A stretch of 64,000 nt of DNA from the NCBI GenBank assembly GCA_947258545.1, contig CAMYJI010000016.1, positions 8,401 through 72,400 of the forward strand. The letters run 5' to 3'. Under the pieces are notes generated by a model. That model saw only the letters and a program-made list of their open reading frames with translations, made no database searches and was not told where the DNA came from. A program made the position numbers and the translations under genes. Source of the stretch: an uncultured Ectothiorhodospiraceae bacterium. GTDB lineage: Bacteria; Pseudomonadota; Gammaproteobacteria; UBA9214. Each line of letters begins with the position of its first letter. The stretch's first letter is position 1. This document shows positions 7,345 through 16,331 of the stretch, in pieces.

Positions 7345-8472
7345 TCAACTCAGCAATATCCGAAGTATCTTCTCATAAATCTGAGAAAGTGTCTCAAGTT
7401 GTTCAATATTCACGTTTTCATTGGCTTTGTGGATGGTGGCATTGAGCGGTCCCAGTTCCACCACCTGGGCGCCGGTGGGGGCAATGAAACGGCCATCGGA
7501 GGTACCACCGCTGGTTGACAACTCAGTCTGCAGGCCGATGACGTCCAGGATCGCGGCGTGACAGGCATCGACCAGGGCACCGGCAGGGGTAAGGAATGGT
7601 TCACCGGACAACTTCCAGTCGATGTTCCATTTCAGTTCATGACGGGACAGCAATTTCTCGATGCGTGTCTGCAGCCCGCTGGCGGTCGATTCGGTCGAGA
7701 AGCGCAGGTTGAATACGGCCTGTAATTCGCCCGGTATGACATTTTCGGCACCGGTCCCGGCCTTGATATTGGAGATCTGGAAGGTGGTCGGCGGGAAATG
7801 CTCGTTGCCACGGTCCCACTCGGTGGCCGCGAGTTCGGCCAGCACCGGTGCCGCCCTGTGGATGGGGTTGTCCGCCAGCTGCGGGTAGGCCACGTGGCCC
7901 TGGTGACCATGGACATGGAGCACGCCATTGAGCGATCCGCGCCGGCCGTTCTTGATGACATCGCCCACCCGTTCCTGGCTGGTGGGTTCGCCGACCAGGC
8001 AATAGTCGATGTGCTCGCCCCGCGCCGCCAGGTGTTCCAGTACCTTGACGGTGCCATGTGTGGCCGGGCCTTCCTCATCGCTGGTGATAAGAAAGGCAAC
8101 CGAGCCGGCGTGACCGGAATGTGTCGCCACGAAGCGCTCGCAGGCCGTCACCATGGCGGCAATGCTGCCTTTCATGTCGGCCGCGCCCCGGCCATAAAGC
8201 TGGCCATCCTGGACCACGGCCTCGAAGGGATCGGTTTGCCAGGCCGCCCGTGGCCCCGGCGGCACCACGTCGGTGTGGCCGGCGAAGACAAACAGGGGTG
8301 TGTCATCGCCGCGGCGGGCCCAGAGGTTATCGACATCCGCGTAACGCAGGTGTTCAACCCGGAAGCCGATGGCCTGCAGCCGTTTGGCCAGCAGGGACTG
8401 GCAGCCCTGGTCGTCCGGGGTGACGGAGGGGCGCTGTATCAGTTCACGGGCAAGGTCCAGGGTCGGGCTCAT
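7345..8472 (-). CDS. dapE: Succinyl-diaminopimelate desuccinylase
   Basis: '[21 protein letters not shown]', '[11 protein letters not shown]' and 'LITSDEEG' M20 peptidase motifs. 375 aa. Confidence 0.95.
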   Translation of the reverse strand: MSPTLDLARELIQRPSVTPDDQGCQSLLAKRLQAIGFRVEHLRYADVDNLWARRGDDTPLFVFAGHTDVVPPGPRAAWQTDPFEAVVQDGQLYGRGAADMKGSIAAMVTACERFVATHSGHAGSVAFLITSDEEGPATHGTVKVLEHLAARGEHIDYCLVGEPTSQERVGDVIKNGRRGSLNGVLHVHGHQGHVAYPQLADNPIHRAAPVLAELAATEWDRGNEHFPPTTFQISNIKAGTGAENVIPGELQAVFNLRFSTESTASGLQTRIEKLLSRHELKWNIDWKLSGEPFLTPAGALVDACHAAILDVIGLQTELSTSGGTSDGRFIAPTGAQVVELGPLNATIHKANENVNIEQLETLSQIYEKILRILLS

Positions 8473-8487
8473 GGGTTTGTCACCGGG

Positions 8488-8832
8488 TCAGGATAACAGT
8501 TCGGAATACTGGTCTTCTTTGAAGCCGAGATAATAGCGCTTGTCGATCTCCAGCACAGGTCGCTTGATCAGTGTCGGGTGGTCCAGCATCAGCTCCATGG
8601 CCGTGGCACGGTCGAGCCCGTCACGCTGCGCTGCCGGAAGCTGTCGCCAGCTGGTACTGCGGCGGTTGAGCAGTGTCTCCCAGCCGAGCTCCTTTACCCA
8701 GGCAGTCAGCCGGGCCCGGGTCAGGCCATCATCGCGCAGGTCATGGAAGCGATAGTCGATGGCGTGCTGCTCGAGCCAGCGGCGCGCCTTCCGGACCGTG
8801 TCGCAGTTCTTGATGCCGTACAGCGTTACCAT
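8488..8832 (-). CDS. ArsC/Spx-family protein (YffB-like)
   Basis: 'MVTLYGIKNCDTVRKARRWLEQHAIDYRFHDLRDDGL'. A yffB-like gene next to dapE, as in E. coli. Confidence 0.85.
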   Translation of the reverse strand: MVTLYGIKNCDTVRKARRWLEQHAIDYRFHDLRDDGLTRARLTAWVKELGWETLLNRRSTSWRQLPAAQRDGLDRATAMELMLDHPTLIKRPVLEIDKRYYLGFKEDQYSELLS

Positions 8833-8854
8833 GATTGGACAAACCCTAATTTAT

Positions 8855-9034
8855 TCACCGCAGAGACGCAGAGAACGCAGAGAAAACGATTATTGAATGA
8901 AAAACTATCACTAACATGCCTTTAGTCTGCCGTGTAATGCACCATTACCGACGCATTCACAATTTTACGACTGACCATAAAATTGTTGAATATTATTCTT
9001 TTATTGCTCTGCGTTCTCCGCGCCTCCGCGGTGA
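8855..9034. repeat. MITE-like repeat, family 1 (arms built from three CGCA(A/G)AG units), copy A
   Basis: Left arm 'tcaccgcagagacgcagagaacgcagag' (8855-8882) and inverted right arm 'ctctgcgttctccgcgcctccgcggtga' (9007-9034) flank an AT-rich core. It fills the arsC-like/dapD spacer. Confidence 0.75.
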
Positions 9035-9041
9035 GATCTTT

Positions 9042-9863
9042 TTAAATGTCACGCAAAAGCTCGTTGATGCCTACTTTGGAGCGGGTCTTCTCGTCGACGC
9101 GCTTGACGATGACGGCGCAGTACAGGCTGTATTTGCCGTCCTTGGATGGCAGGTTGCCCGACACCACGACGGAACCCGCCGGTACACGGCCATAGAGGAC
9201 CTCGTCGGTGGTACGGTCATAGATGCGCGTGCTCTGACCGATATACACACCCATTGAGATCACCGAGCCTTCCTCGACAATCACACCCTCAACCACCTCG
9301 GAGCGGGCGCCGATAAAACAATTGTCTTCGATAATGGTGGGACTGGCCTGTACCGGTTCGAGGACACCGCCGATACCGACACCGCCCGACAGGTGAACGT
9401 TCTTGCCGATCTGGGCACAGGAACCCACCGTTGACCAGGTGTCCACCATGGTGCCGCTGTCAACGTAGGCGCCAATGTTGACGTAGGAGGGCATGAGAAT
9501 GGCGCCTGGAGCAATGAAGGCACCCTTGCGTGCCGTGGCCGGCGGGACGACCCGCACGCCGCCCTCACGGAATTCGCGTGAGTTGGTGTCCGCGTACTTG
9601 GAGGGGACCTTGTCGTAGTAATTGGTGAAGCCACCCTTGATGAAGGCGTTGTCCTCGATACGGAAAGACAGCAGCACGGCCTTCTTGAGCCAGTCATTCA
9701 CCACCCACTGGCCATCCCTTTTCTCTGCAACCCGCGCGACGCCGCGATCAAGCAGGTCAATTGCTTCCAGTGTGGCTTCCTTTACATGCGTCTCCACGCT
9801 GCGCGGGGTGATGTCCGCACGTCGCTCGAAGGCTTCATCAATCGTGGCCTGAATGTCATTCAT
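9042..9863 (-). CDS. dapD: 2,3,4,5-tetrahydropyridine-2,6-dicarboxylate N-succinyltransferase
   Basis: Near-colinear with E. coli DapD as I recall it: '[10 protein letters not shown]', '[46 protein letters not shown]', '[26 protein letters not shown]'. Confidence 0.97.
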   Translation of the reverse strand: MNDIQATIDEAFERRADITPRSVETHVKEATLEAIDLLDRGVARVAEKRDGQWVVNDWLKKAVLLSFRIEDNAFIKGGFTNYYDKVPSKYADTNSREFREGGVRVVPPATARKGAFIAPGAILMPSYVNIGAYVDSGTMVDTWSTVGSCAQIGKNVHLSGGVGIGGVLEPVQASPTIIEDNCFIGARSEVVEGVIVEEGSVISMGVYIGQSTRIYDRTTDEVLYGRVPAGSVVVSGNLPSKDGKYSLYCAVIVKRVDEKTRSKVGINELLRDI

Positions 9864-9917
9864 GCTGCGTTTGCTCCCTTAGGTGCAGGATTTCTGTCAG
9901 CCACTTATGATAACTGC

Positions 9918-11114
9918 CTACAGGCTGACAAGATACGATTTAATGCGCTGTGCGGCCTCGATGCAGTCCTCCAGTGGGGCAACCAGCGCCATGCGTACGT
10001 GCCGGTTCCCCGGGTTGATGCCGGCAGCCGTGCGCGACAGGTAGCTACCCGGCAGCACCCTGACATTCTGCTGTTCCAGCAGGCCGCGGGCGAATTCGCA
10101 GTCATCGATCGGGGTGACGGGCCAGAGATAGAACCCGGCCGGCGGTTGCTGTACATCGAGTACCGGTGCCAGGATTTCGAGCAGCGCCGAGAATTTTTCC
10201 CGGTACAGTGCACGGTTGTCGGCAACATGGGCCTCATCCTCCCAGGCACGGACGCTGGCGGCCTGGGTTGCGGGCGGCATGGCGCAGCCGTGATAGGTGC
10301 GGTAGCGCAGGAACGCCTCGATCAGCCGGGCATCCCCAGCCACGAAGCCGGAGCGCAGACCGGGGGCATTGGAGCGCTTCGAGAGGCTGTGAAAGACGAT
10401 GCAGCGGCTGAAGTCTTCCCGACCCATTGCGGCGGCGGCCTGCAGCAGCCCGGGCGGTGCGGCGCTCTCGTCCAAGTAGATTTCCGAGTAACATTCATCC
10501 GAGGCGATGGTAAAGTCATGCCGGTCGGCCAGCTGGATCAGTTTCTGCAGTGACGCGATGTCCATGACCGCACCGGTCGGATTCCCGGGCGTGCAGATGT
10601 AGACAAGCTGGCAGCGTGACCAGACAGACACGGGGATGCCGTCCAGGTCCGGCAGATAGCCGGTCGCTGTCGTGGTGTTCATGAACACCGGTTCGGCGCC
10701 GGCCAGCAGGGCAGCGCCTTCGTAGATCTGGTAAAACGGATTGGGCATCAGCACGACCGGGTTCGTGCTTCGGTCAACTGCGCATTGCGCAAATGCGAAC
10801 AGTGCCTCGCGCGTGCCGTTCACCGGGAGTATGTGACGCTCTGGATCAAGACTGTCGCCGGGGAGTGCGAAGCGTCGGGTCAGCCAGGCCGAAATTGCGC
10901 TACGTAGTGCGGGTATACCTCGCGTTGTCGGGTAGTTCGACAGGCCGTGCAGGTGGGTGATCACTTCCTCCGTGATAAATCCGGGGGTGGCGTGTTTGGG
11001 CTCGCCGATAGACAGCGCGATCGGTGCCAGGCCTTCAGGCACTGCAACACCGGAATTCAGCAGCGCCAGGCGTTCGAACGGGTAAGGCTGCAAGCGTGAC
11101 AGGTCGGGATTCAT
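9918..11114 (-). CDS. dapC: Succinyldiaminopimelate transaminase (class I/II aminotransferase, DapC type)
   Basis: The internal ATG at 11114 gives 'MNPDLSRLQPYPFERLALL'. PLP-lysine region 'SLSKRSNAPGLRSGF'. Directly upstream of dapD. Confidence 0.85.
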   Translation of the reverse strand: MNPDLSRLQPYPFERLALLNSGVAVPEGLAPIALSIGEPKHATPGFITEEVITHLHGLSNYPTTRGIPALRSAISAWLTRRFALPGDSLDPERHILPVNGTREALFAFAQCAVDRSTNPVVLMPNPFYQIYEGAALLAGAEPVFMNTTTATGYLPDLDGIPVSVWSRCQLVYICTPGNPTGAVMDIASLQKLIQLADRHDFTIASDECYSEIYLDESAAPPGLLQAAAAMGREDFSRCIVFHSLSKRSNAPGLRSGFVAGDARLIEAFLRYRTYHGCAMPPATQAASVRAWEDEAHVADNRALYREKFSALLEILAPVLDVQQPPAGFYLWPVTPIDDCEFARGLLEQQNVRVLPGSYLSRTAAGINPGNRHVRMALVAPLEDCIEAAQRIKSYLVSL

Positions 11115-11220
11115 GCGGGTTCGGGGATGATGGTATGTTGTCGGAACGGGATGTATATCACGAGGATGGCTGGCATTAACCCGCCACTGTCTGTTTAGCG
11201 ATGAAATTATACGGTATGCC

Positions 11221-12108
11221 ATGAACACGGCCAAACAGCCACATCCGTTGCTTCCGGTGGCCAGCCTGCTGTTCACTGCGACTCTGTGGGGGATCGTCTG
11301 GTATCCCCTGCGCCTGCTCGAGGCGCAGGGGCTGGCCGGGCTCTGGAGTGCGGCCATCAGCTACGGCGCAGCCCTGGTGGTCTGTGTCTGGATTTTCGGG
11401 CGGGACCACCGGGCGCTGCAGGAGAATCTCCTCTACCTCGCACTGATGGGCCTGGCAGCGGGTTGGTGCAATGTCGCCTTCATCATGGCGGTGCTGGAAG
11501 GCACCGTGGTGCGGGTGTTGTTGCTGTTTTACCTGTCCCCGTTCTGGGCGGTCTGTCTTGGCTGGTTGATGCTGGGCGAGCGGCTGGATGGCAAGTCGTT
11601 GCTGGTCTTTGTTATCGCCGTCTGCGGGGCCATGATCATGCTCTGGGACGAGACCATCGGCATGCCCTGGCCGCGCAACGAGGCCGACTGGCTGGCTGTT
11701 TCCTCAGGATTCGCCTTTGCGCTGAGCAATGTCTATATACGCAAGATGCACCACGTGGGTGTCTGGCTCAAATCGGTCAGCAGCTGGCTGGGTGTGGTGC
11801 TGGTTGCCATTGTCTGGGTCGCGTTCAGTCATACCAGTCTGCCGGATATCGGCAGCGGTGTTTTGCTGGCCGCCATCGCCCTTGGCCTGTGCGGGTTTCT
11901 GGTCATGACCGTCGCCGTCCAGTACGGCGTCACGCACATGCCGTTACACCGTTCAGCCGTTATCCTGCTGTTCGAGCTGGTCATTGGCGCGGTTTCTTCG
12001 CTGTTGCTGACAGACGAGGTGGTGCTGGTCCGTGAATGGGTCGGCGGTGCCATGATCGTCACGGCGGCCTACCTGGCCGCGCGCATCCACGCAGGTGACA
12101 CGGTATGA
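11221..12108 (+). CDS. EamA/DMT-superfamily transporter
   Basis: About ten hydrophobic segments in two EamA-like halves. 295 aa. Divergent from dapC. Confidence 0.85.
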   Translation: MNTAKQPHPLLPVASLLFTATLWGIVWYPLRLLEAQGLAGLWSAAISYGAALVVCVWIFGRDHRALQENLLYLALMGLAAGWCNVAFIMAVLEGTVVRVLLLFYLSPFWAVCLGWLMLGERLDGKSLLVFVIAVCGAMIMLWDETIGMPWPRNEADWLAVSSGFAFALSNVYIRKMHHVGVWLKSVSSWLGVVLVAIVWVAFSHTSLPDIGSGVLLAAIALGLCGFLVMTVAVQYGVTHMPLHRSAVILLFELVIGAVSSLLLTDEVVLVREWVGGAMIVTAAYLAARIHAGDTV

Positions 12109-12485
12109 CGACGGTGCTGGGTATACATCATGTCAGCATACTGGTGAGTGACACCCGGCGCGCCCTGGATTTTTATCATGGCGTCCTGGGGCTGCCGCTG
12201 GATTACGATCGGCCGGAAATCGGTTTCCCCGGGGCCTGGCTGTACATCGGGCAACAGCAGTTGCACCTGCTCGAGCTGCCGCAACAGCTTGCCACCACCC
12301 CGCCGACCGGGCATGGCGGTCGCGACCATCATTTTGCCATGCTGGTCAACGACCTCAGCGGCCTGTGCCAGGCACTGGAGGCGCATGGCATAGCGTACAC
12401 GCTGAGCCGTTCGGGCCGCAGCGCACTGTTCTGCAGGGACCCCGATGGCAATGCCGTGGAAATCATCGAGCAGATACCGGATTAA
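12105..12485 (+). CDS. VOC (glyoxalase/bleomycin-resistance/dioxygenase) family protein
   Basis: 'GIHHVSILVSDTRRALDFYHGVLGL' and 'FCRDPDGNAVEI'. Start overlaps the stop of the preceding gene (ATGA). Confidence 0.8.
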   Translation: MTTVLGIHHVSILVSDTRRALDFYHGVLGLPLDYDRPEIGFPGAWLYIGQQQLHLLELPQQLATTPPTGHGGRDHHFAMLVNDLSGLCQALEAHGIAYTLSRSGRSALFCRDPDGNAVEIIEQIPD

Positions 12486-15193
12486 TGGAAGAGGGGAGGC
12501 GCCTCGCCCTGGTTGATGTCGAGGTGTTTATGCAGCGCCTTTTCCAGACACTCGAACTGACCGGGGTCCTCGATGGGGCGGTTATTGCGGTCGGTGATAT
12601 AGAAAACGTCCTCGGCCCGCGACCCCAAAGTGATGATCTTCGCGTTCAGCAGCCTCACTTTGCATTCAATAAAGGCCTGGCCAACCTGTGAAAGCAGGCC
12701 GGGGTGGTCCGAGGTAATCAGTTCCATGATGGTGCGGCTGTCGGTCTCGTCGCGCTTGAAATCAATGTGGGTCTGAATCGGGAAATGGCGGTATTCACGC
12801 GGTGTCCTGCGTGACACATGCCACTCGTCCCTCCCGCCGTTTTCGATTTCCCTGAGCAGGGCGTTGCGGATCTCGTCCACACGCAGGTCATCGGCCGCCG
12901 GTTCGCCTGAGGCCTCGAGTACGTGGAAGGTGTTCAGTACATGGCCGTCATTCGTGGTGATGATGCCGGCATCGACGACATCCAGTCCCAACTGGTCGAG
13001 TATCGCGGTTATCAGGGTGAATAATTCGTCCGAGGCGCGGGCATAGATGAATATTTCCGTACTGCCGCGTTCGGTGATCGGCTGCAGGTTGACAATACAG
13101 GCGTTATCGCCCCGCAGCCCGGTTAGCAGGCGGGTATGCCAGGCGACCTGGTCGGGTGTATGGCGCTGGAAATATTCCTCGTCGAGGTTCTTCCATATGA
13201 CATCGGGTTGCTCAACCGGCGGCGCGATGCTGCCCAGCAGGCGGCGTGCCTCCTGCTGGACCTGCTGGATATGCTCGGAACGTTCCAGCGGGTCCTGCAG
13301 TCCGCGCTGCAGCGCACGCCGGGTGTTGTAGTAAAGCTGGCTGAGCAGGGTGTTCTTCCAGTTGTTCCACAAGTCCGGATTGGTGCCGCGGATATCGCAC
13401 ACGGTGAGCAGGTAGAGGTAATCCAGCCGTACCGGGTCCTCGACCAGGCGCGCGAACCGGTTGACCACAACCGGGTCGCTGATGTCCTTGCGCTGCGCCA
13501 CGGAGGACATTGTCAGGTGCTTATCCACCAACCAGGCGACCAGCCGCGTATCGTAGCTGCTCAGGTGATGTCTTTGGCAGAATTCACGGGCATCTTCCGC
13601 GCCGAGCGTGGAATGATCGCCACCGCGACCCTTGGCGATATCGTGGAACAGGCCGGCAAGGTACAGCAGTTCGGGTTTCGGAATGGTCGTAATGATACGG
13701 CTGCACAGGGGCAGTTCGTTGGAGAACTCGGGTACAGTCAGGCGGCGCATGTTACGCACGACGAACAGGATATGCTCGTCGACCGTGTAGGCATGAAACA
13801 GGTCGTATTGCATGAGCCCGGTGATTTTCTCGAATGCCGGTATGTAGGCCGCGAGTATTCCGTACATGTTCATTTGCCGCAGCACATGCGTAACGCCGCT
13901 GGGCTGCTTGAGGATCTCCATGAACAGGCTTCTGGCACTTATGTCATTCCGGAACTCGTCGTCGATCAGGTGGCAGTGTTTGCGGATGGCGCGGATCGTG
14001 TCGGCGCGTATGCCCTTCAGCTCCGGATTTTGCTCGAGCAGCAGGAAGATCTCGAGCAGCGCGAAGGGGTAGTTCTGGAACACTTTGGCATCGGCGACTT
14101 CAAGGTAGCCGTTCCTTGCCTGGAAGCGCTTGTTGATTTGCACGCTTTCGCCGGACCCGTCCGGGAACAGTATCTCCTCCTGGAACAGTTGCAGCAACAT
14201 CTCGTTGAGACGGCTCAATTCCATGACGGTAATGTAATACTGCTTCATGAAGGCCTCGACGCCCAGGTGGTCCTCCTGGTCATGATGGCCGAACTGTTCG
14301 GCCATGGTGCGCTGGTAGTCAAACAGCAGGCGGTCCTCGCCGCGCCCGGTCAGGGTGTGCAAGGCAAATCTGATTTCCCAGAGGAAATTCCTGCCTTCCA
14401 CCAAGGTGTGGTACTCGTCCCTGGTCAAAAAACTATGGTTGACGAGGTCCTCGAGCAGCCCCGAGCCGAAGTGCCGATTGGTTACCCAGGCAATCATCTG
14501 GATGTCGCGCAGACCGCCGGGGCTTTCCTTGACGTTGGGTTCCAGGTTATAGGCGGTGTCATGGTATTTGTGATAGCGCCTGATCTGCTCGGCGTGTTTC
14601 TCCTTGAAGAAATCGGTGCTGTTCCAGATCTTTTCGGGGGCCAAACTGGCGCGCATCTCCCTTAACAACGCTTCATTTCCGGCCAGCAGCCGGGCCTCCA
14701 TCAGGTTGGTGATGACGGTAATGTCGGCAAGGGACTGCGCAATGCAGTCACTGATTGTGCGCACGCTATGGCCCACTTCCAGGCCGATATCCCAGAGGAA
14801 TATGAGCAGTGATTCCAGTTTCGAATTGAGCTGCGTGTCTTCTGTTTCGGGAAGCAGGATCATGAGATCGATATCCGAACCGGGCATCAGTTCGCCGCGG
14901 CCGTAGCCGCCCACGGCAACGAACGCCGCGGTGTCGGCATCAGCCCCCATGAACTTGACCCACGCACGAGTCAGCACCTGGTCAACGAGCCAGGAGCGTG
15001 CCTCGATGAGGATCGGGGCGCCGACCCCGCCTTCGAATTTGTTTTTCAGGGTGGCTTGGCTGTATTCCAGGAACTGTTTGAATAGCGGTAGCTGGGCGTC
15101 GTCTGCGGCGAGTGCAGCATCCAGCATCTCTGTACCGAACCATGATTCATAGCGTTCTGACGCGATCATCGCACTGCCTGTGTTCTGTATCAC
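12482..15193 (-). CDS. glnD: Bifunctional [protein-PII] uridylyltransferase/uridylyl-removing enzyme
   Basis: Nucleotidyltransferase motif 'GGYGRGELMPGSDIDL'. HD domain ('LAGLFHDIAKGRGGDHS'). Two C-terminal ACT-like repeats. GTG at 15193; an ATG 8 codons downstream is an alternative start. Confidence 0.95.
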   Translation of the reverse strand: MIQNTGSAMIASERYESWFGTEMLDAALAADDAQLPLFKQFLEYSQATLKNKFEGGVGAPILIEARSWLVDQVLTRAWVKFMGADADTAAFVAVGGYGRGELMPGSDIDLMILLPETEDTQLNSKLESLLIFLWDIGLEVGHSVRTISDCIAQSLADITVITNLMEARLLAGNEALLREMRASLAPEKIWNSTDFFKEKHAEQIRRYHKYHDTAYNLEPNVKESPGGLRDIQMIAWVTNRHFGSGLLEDLVNHSFLTRDEYHTLVEGRNFLWEIRFALHTLTGRGEDRLLFDYQRTMAEQFGHHDQEDHLGVEAFMKQYYITVMELSRLNEMLLQLFQEEILFPDGSGESVQINKRFQARNGYLEVADAKVFQNYPFALLEIFLLLEQNPELKGIRADTIRAIRKHCHLIDDEFRNDISARSLFMEILKQPSGVTHVLRQMNMYGILAAYIPAFEKITGLMQYDLFHAYTVDEHILFVVRNMRRLTVPEFSNELPLCSRIITTIPKPELLYLAGLFHDIAKGRGGDHSTLGAEDAREFCQRHHLSSYDTRLVAWLVDKHLTMSSVAQRKDISDPVVVNRFARLVEDPVRLDYLYLLTVCDIRGTNPDLWNNWKNTLLSQLYYNTRRALQRGLQDPLERSEHIQQVQQEARRLLGSIAPPVEQPDVIWKNLDEEYFQRHTPDQVAWHTRLLTGLRGDNACIVNLQPITERGSTEIFIYARASDELFTLITAILDQLGLDVVDAGIITTNDGHVLNTFHVLEASGEPAADDLRVDEIRNALLREIENGGRDEWHVSRRTPREYRHFPIQTHIDFKRDETDSRTIMELITSDHPGLLSQVGQAFIECKVRLLNAKIITLGSRAEDVFYITDRNNRPIEDPGQFECLEKALHKHLDINQGEAPPLFH

Positions 15194-15205
15194 CGGGACC
15201 TAACT

Positions 15206-15323
15206 CGCATTTCTCACCGGGACAGGTATTTCCCGATGCGGCACTGTCCGGTTCTTTATCGGCACTCTGTTCATTACCTCAGTATCTTATGTGACTCTAC
15301 CGTCGCCCGGTGGGAAATGCGCG
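15206..15323. repeat. MITE-like repeat, family 2, copy 1
   Basis: 15-bp terminal inverted repeat 'gcatttctcaccggg' (15207-15221) and 'cccggtgggaaatgc' (15306-15320). Shares the internal blocks 'aggta.t.cccgatg' and 'ctctgttc.tta..tcagt' with the copy at 44791; the 49553 copy keeps looser versions. Fills the map-stop/glnD-start spacer. Confidence 0.7.
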
Positions 15324-16091
15324 CTATATATCGTCACCGGGCAGGCAGGTCAGCACCTCGTGGCTCGTATCCGTGACAAGGAGGGTGTGCTCCCACTGTG
15401 CCGACAGGCTGTGGTCCTTTGTGACCACCGTCCAGCCGTCCGGCAGCAGTTTGGTATGGCGTTTTCCGGCATTCACCATCGGTTCGATGGTGAAGGTCAT
15501 GCCAGGTTCGAGTTTAATTCCGGTGCCGGGTTTCCCGTAGTGCAGGACCTGGGGATCTTCGTGGAACTCACGGCCGATGCCATGGCCGCAGTACTCGCGC
15601 ACAATCGAGCAGTTGTTGGCCTCTGCGTGTGACTGTATAGCGTGCCCGATATCGCCGAGCCGTACCCCGGGCTTGATCATGTCGATGCCGATGACCAGGC
15701 ATTCATGGCTGATGCGCGCCAGGCGTTTGCTGGCCACCTTGGGTTCGCCGACAAAGAACATCTTGCTGGTGTCGCCGTGGAATCCGTCCTTGATCACGGT
15801 GACGTCGATGTTCACCATATCGCCCTTCTTGACTACCTTGTTTGAAGGAATCCCGTGGCACACGACATGGTTAACGGAGGTGCAGATGGACTTTGGGAAG
15901 CCGCGGTAGTTCAGCGGGGCGGGGGTCGCCTGCTGCTCATTGACGATGTAGTCATGACAGATCCTGTCGAGTTCCTCAGTGGTGATCCCCGGCCTGACAT
16001 GGGGCCCAATCATGCGCAGCACCTCTCCGGCAAGGCGCCCGGCGATGCGCATTTTTTCAATCTCAGGCGGGGTTTTGATAGTGACAGCCAT
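15324..16091 (-). CDS. map: Type I methionyl aminopeptidase
   Basis: 'IKTPPEIEKMRIAGRLAGEVL', 'VCHGIP' and 'CGHGIGREFHE' motifs. Confidence 0.97.
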   Translation of the reverse strand: MAVTIKTPPEIEKMRIAGRLAGEVLRMIGPHVRPGITTEELDRICHDYIVNEQQATPAPLNYRGFPKSICTSVNHVVCHGIPSNKVVKKGDMVNIDVTVIKDGFHGDTSKMFFVGEPKVASKRLARISHECLVIGIDMIKPGVRLGDIGHAIQSHAEANNCSIVREYCGHGIGREFHEDPQVLHYGKPGTGIKLEPGMTFTIEPMVNAGKRHTKLLPDGWTVVTKDHSLSAQWEHTLLVTDTSHEVLTCLPGDDI

Positions 16092-16143
16092 ATAACCTAC
16101 TGATTCCTTGGGGCTAAATCCCGGATCGGGGTGTATGCAGAGA

Positions 16144-16172
16144 TTGTCGCTGGAGGGAGTGTATGGTATAAA
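16144..16172 (+). promoter_or_regulatory. Putative sigma-70 promoter of rpsB-tsf
   Basis: TTGTCG (16144-16149), 17-bp spacer, TATAAA (16167-16172), about 160 nt upstream of the rpsB ATG. Pattern match only. Confidence 0.35.
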
Positions 16173-16331
16173 GGCGGGCTTGTTAAGCGGCCCGTCCCGG
16201 ATCGCTTCTCAAAATTAAATTCACACATGTGCCGGCACATGCAGCAGGGTGCCTGGCGGCCATTGAATACGGCAGCCGGGTTGCTGACATGGGGTACATG
16301 GAGGTCTAACCCGGAAATTGGAGAATTATTG

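Noticed and set aside
13136-14665. 509-aa plus-strand ORF inside glnD. The same kind of ORF occurs at 51422-52732, 52752-53951, 38782-40053, 55474-56679, 45951-47129, 19634-20551 and 26731-27573.
   Set aside because: All of them are antisense to well-supported housekeeping genes. They have no recognisable motifs and biased composition, so I treat them as shadow ORFs.
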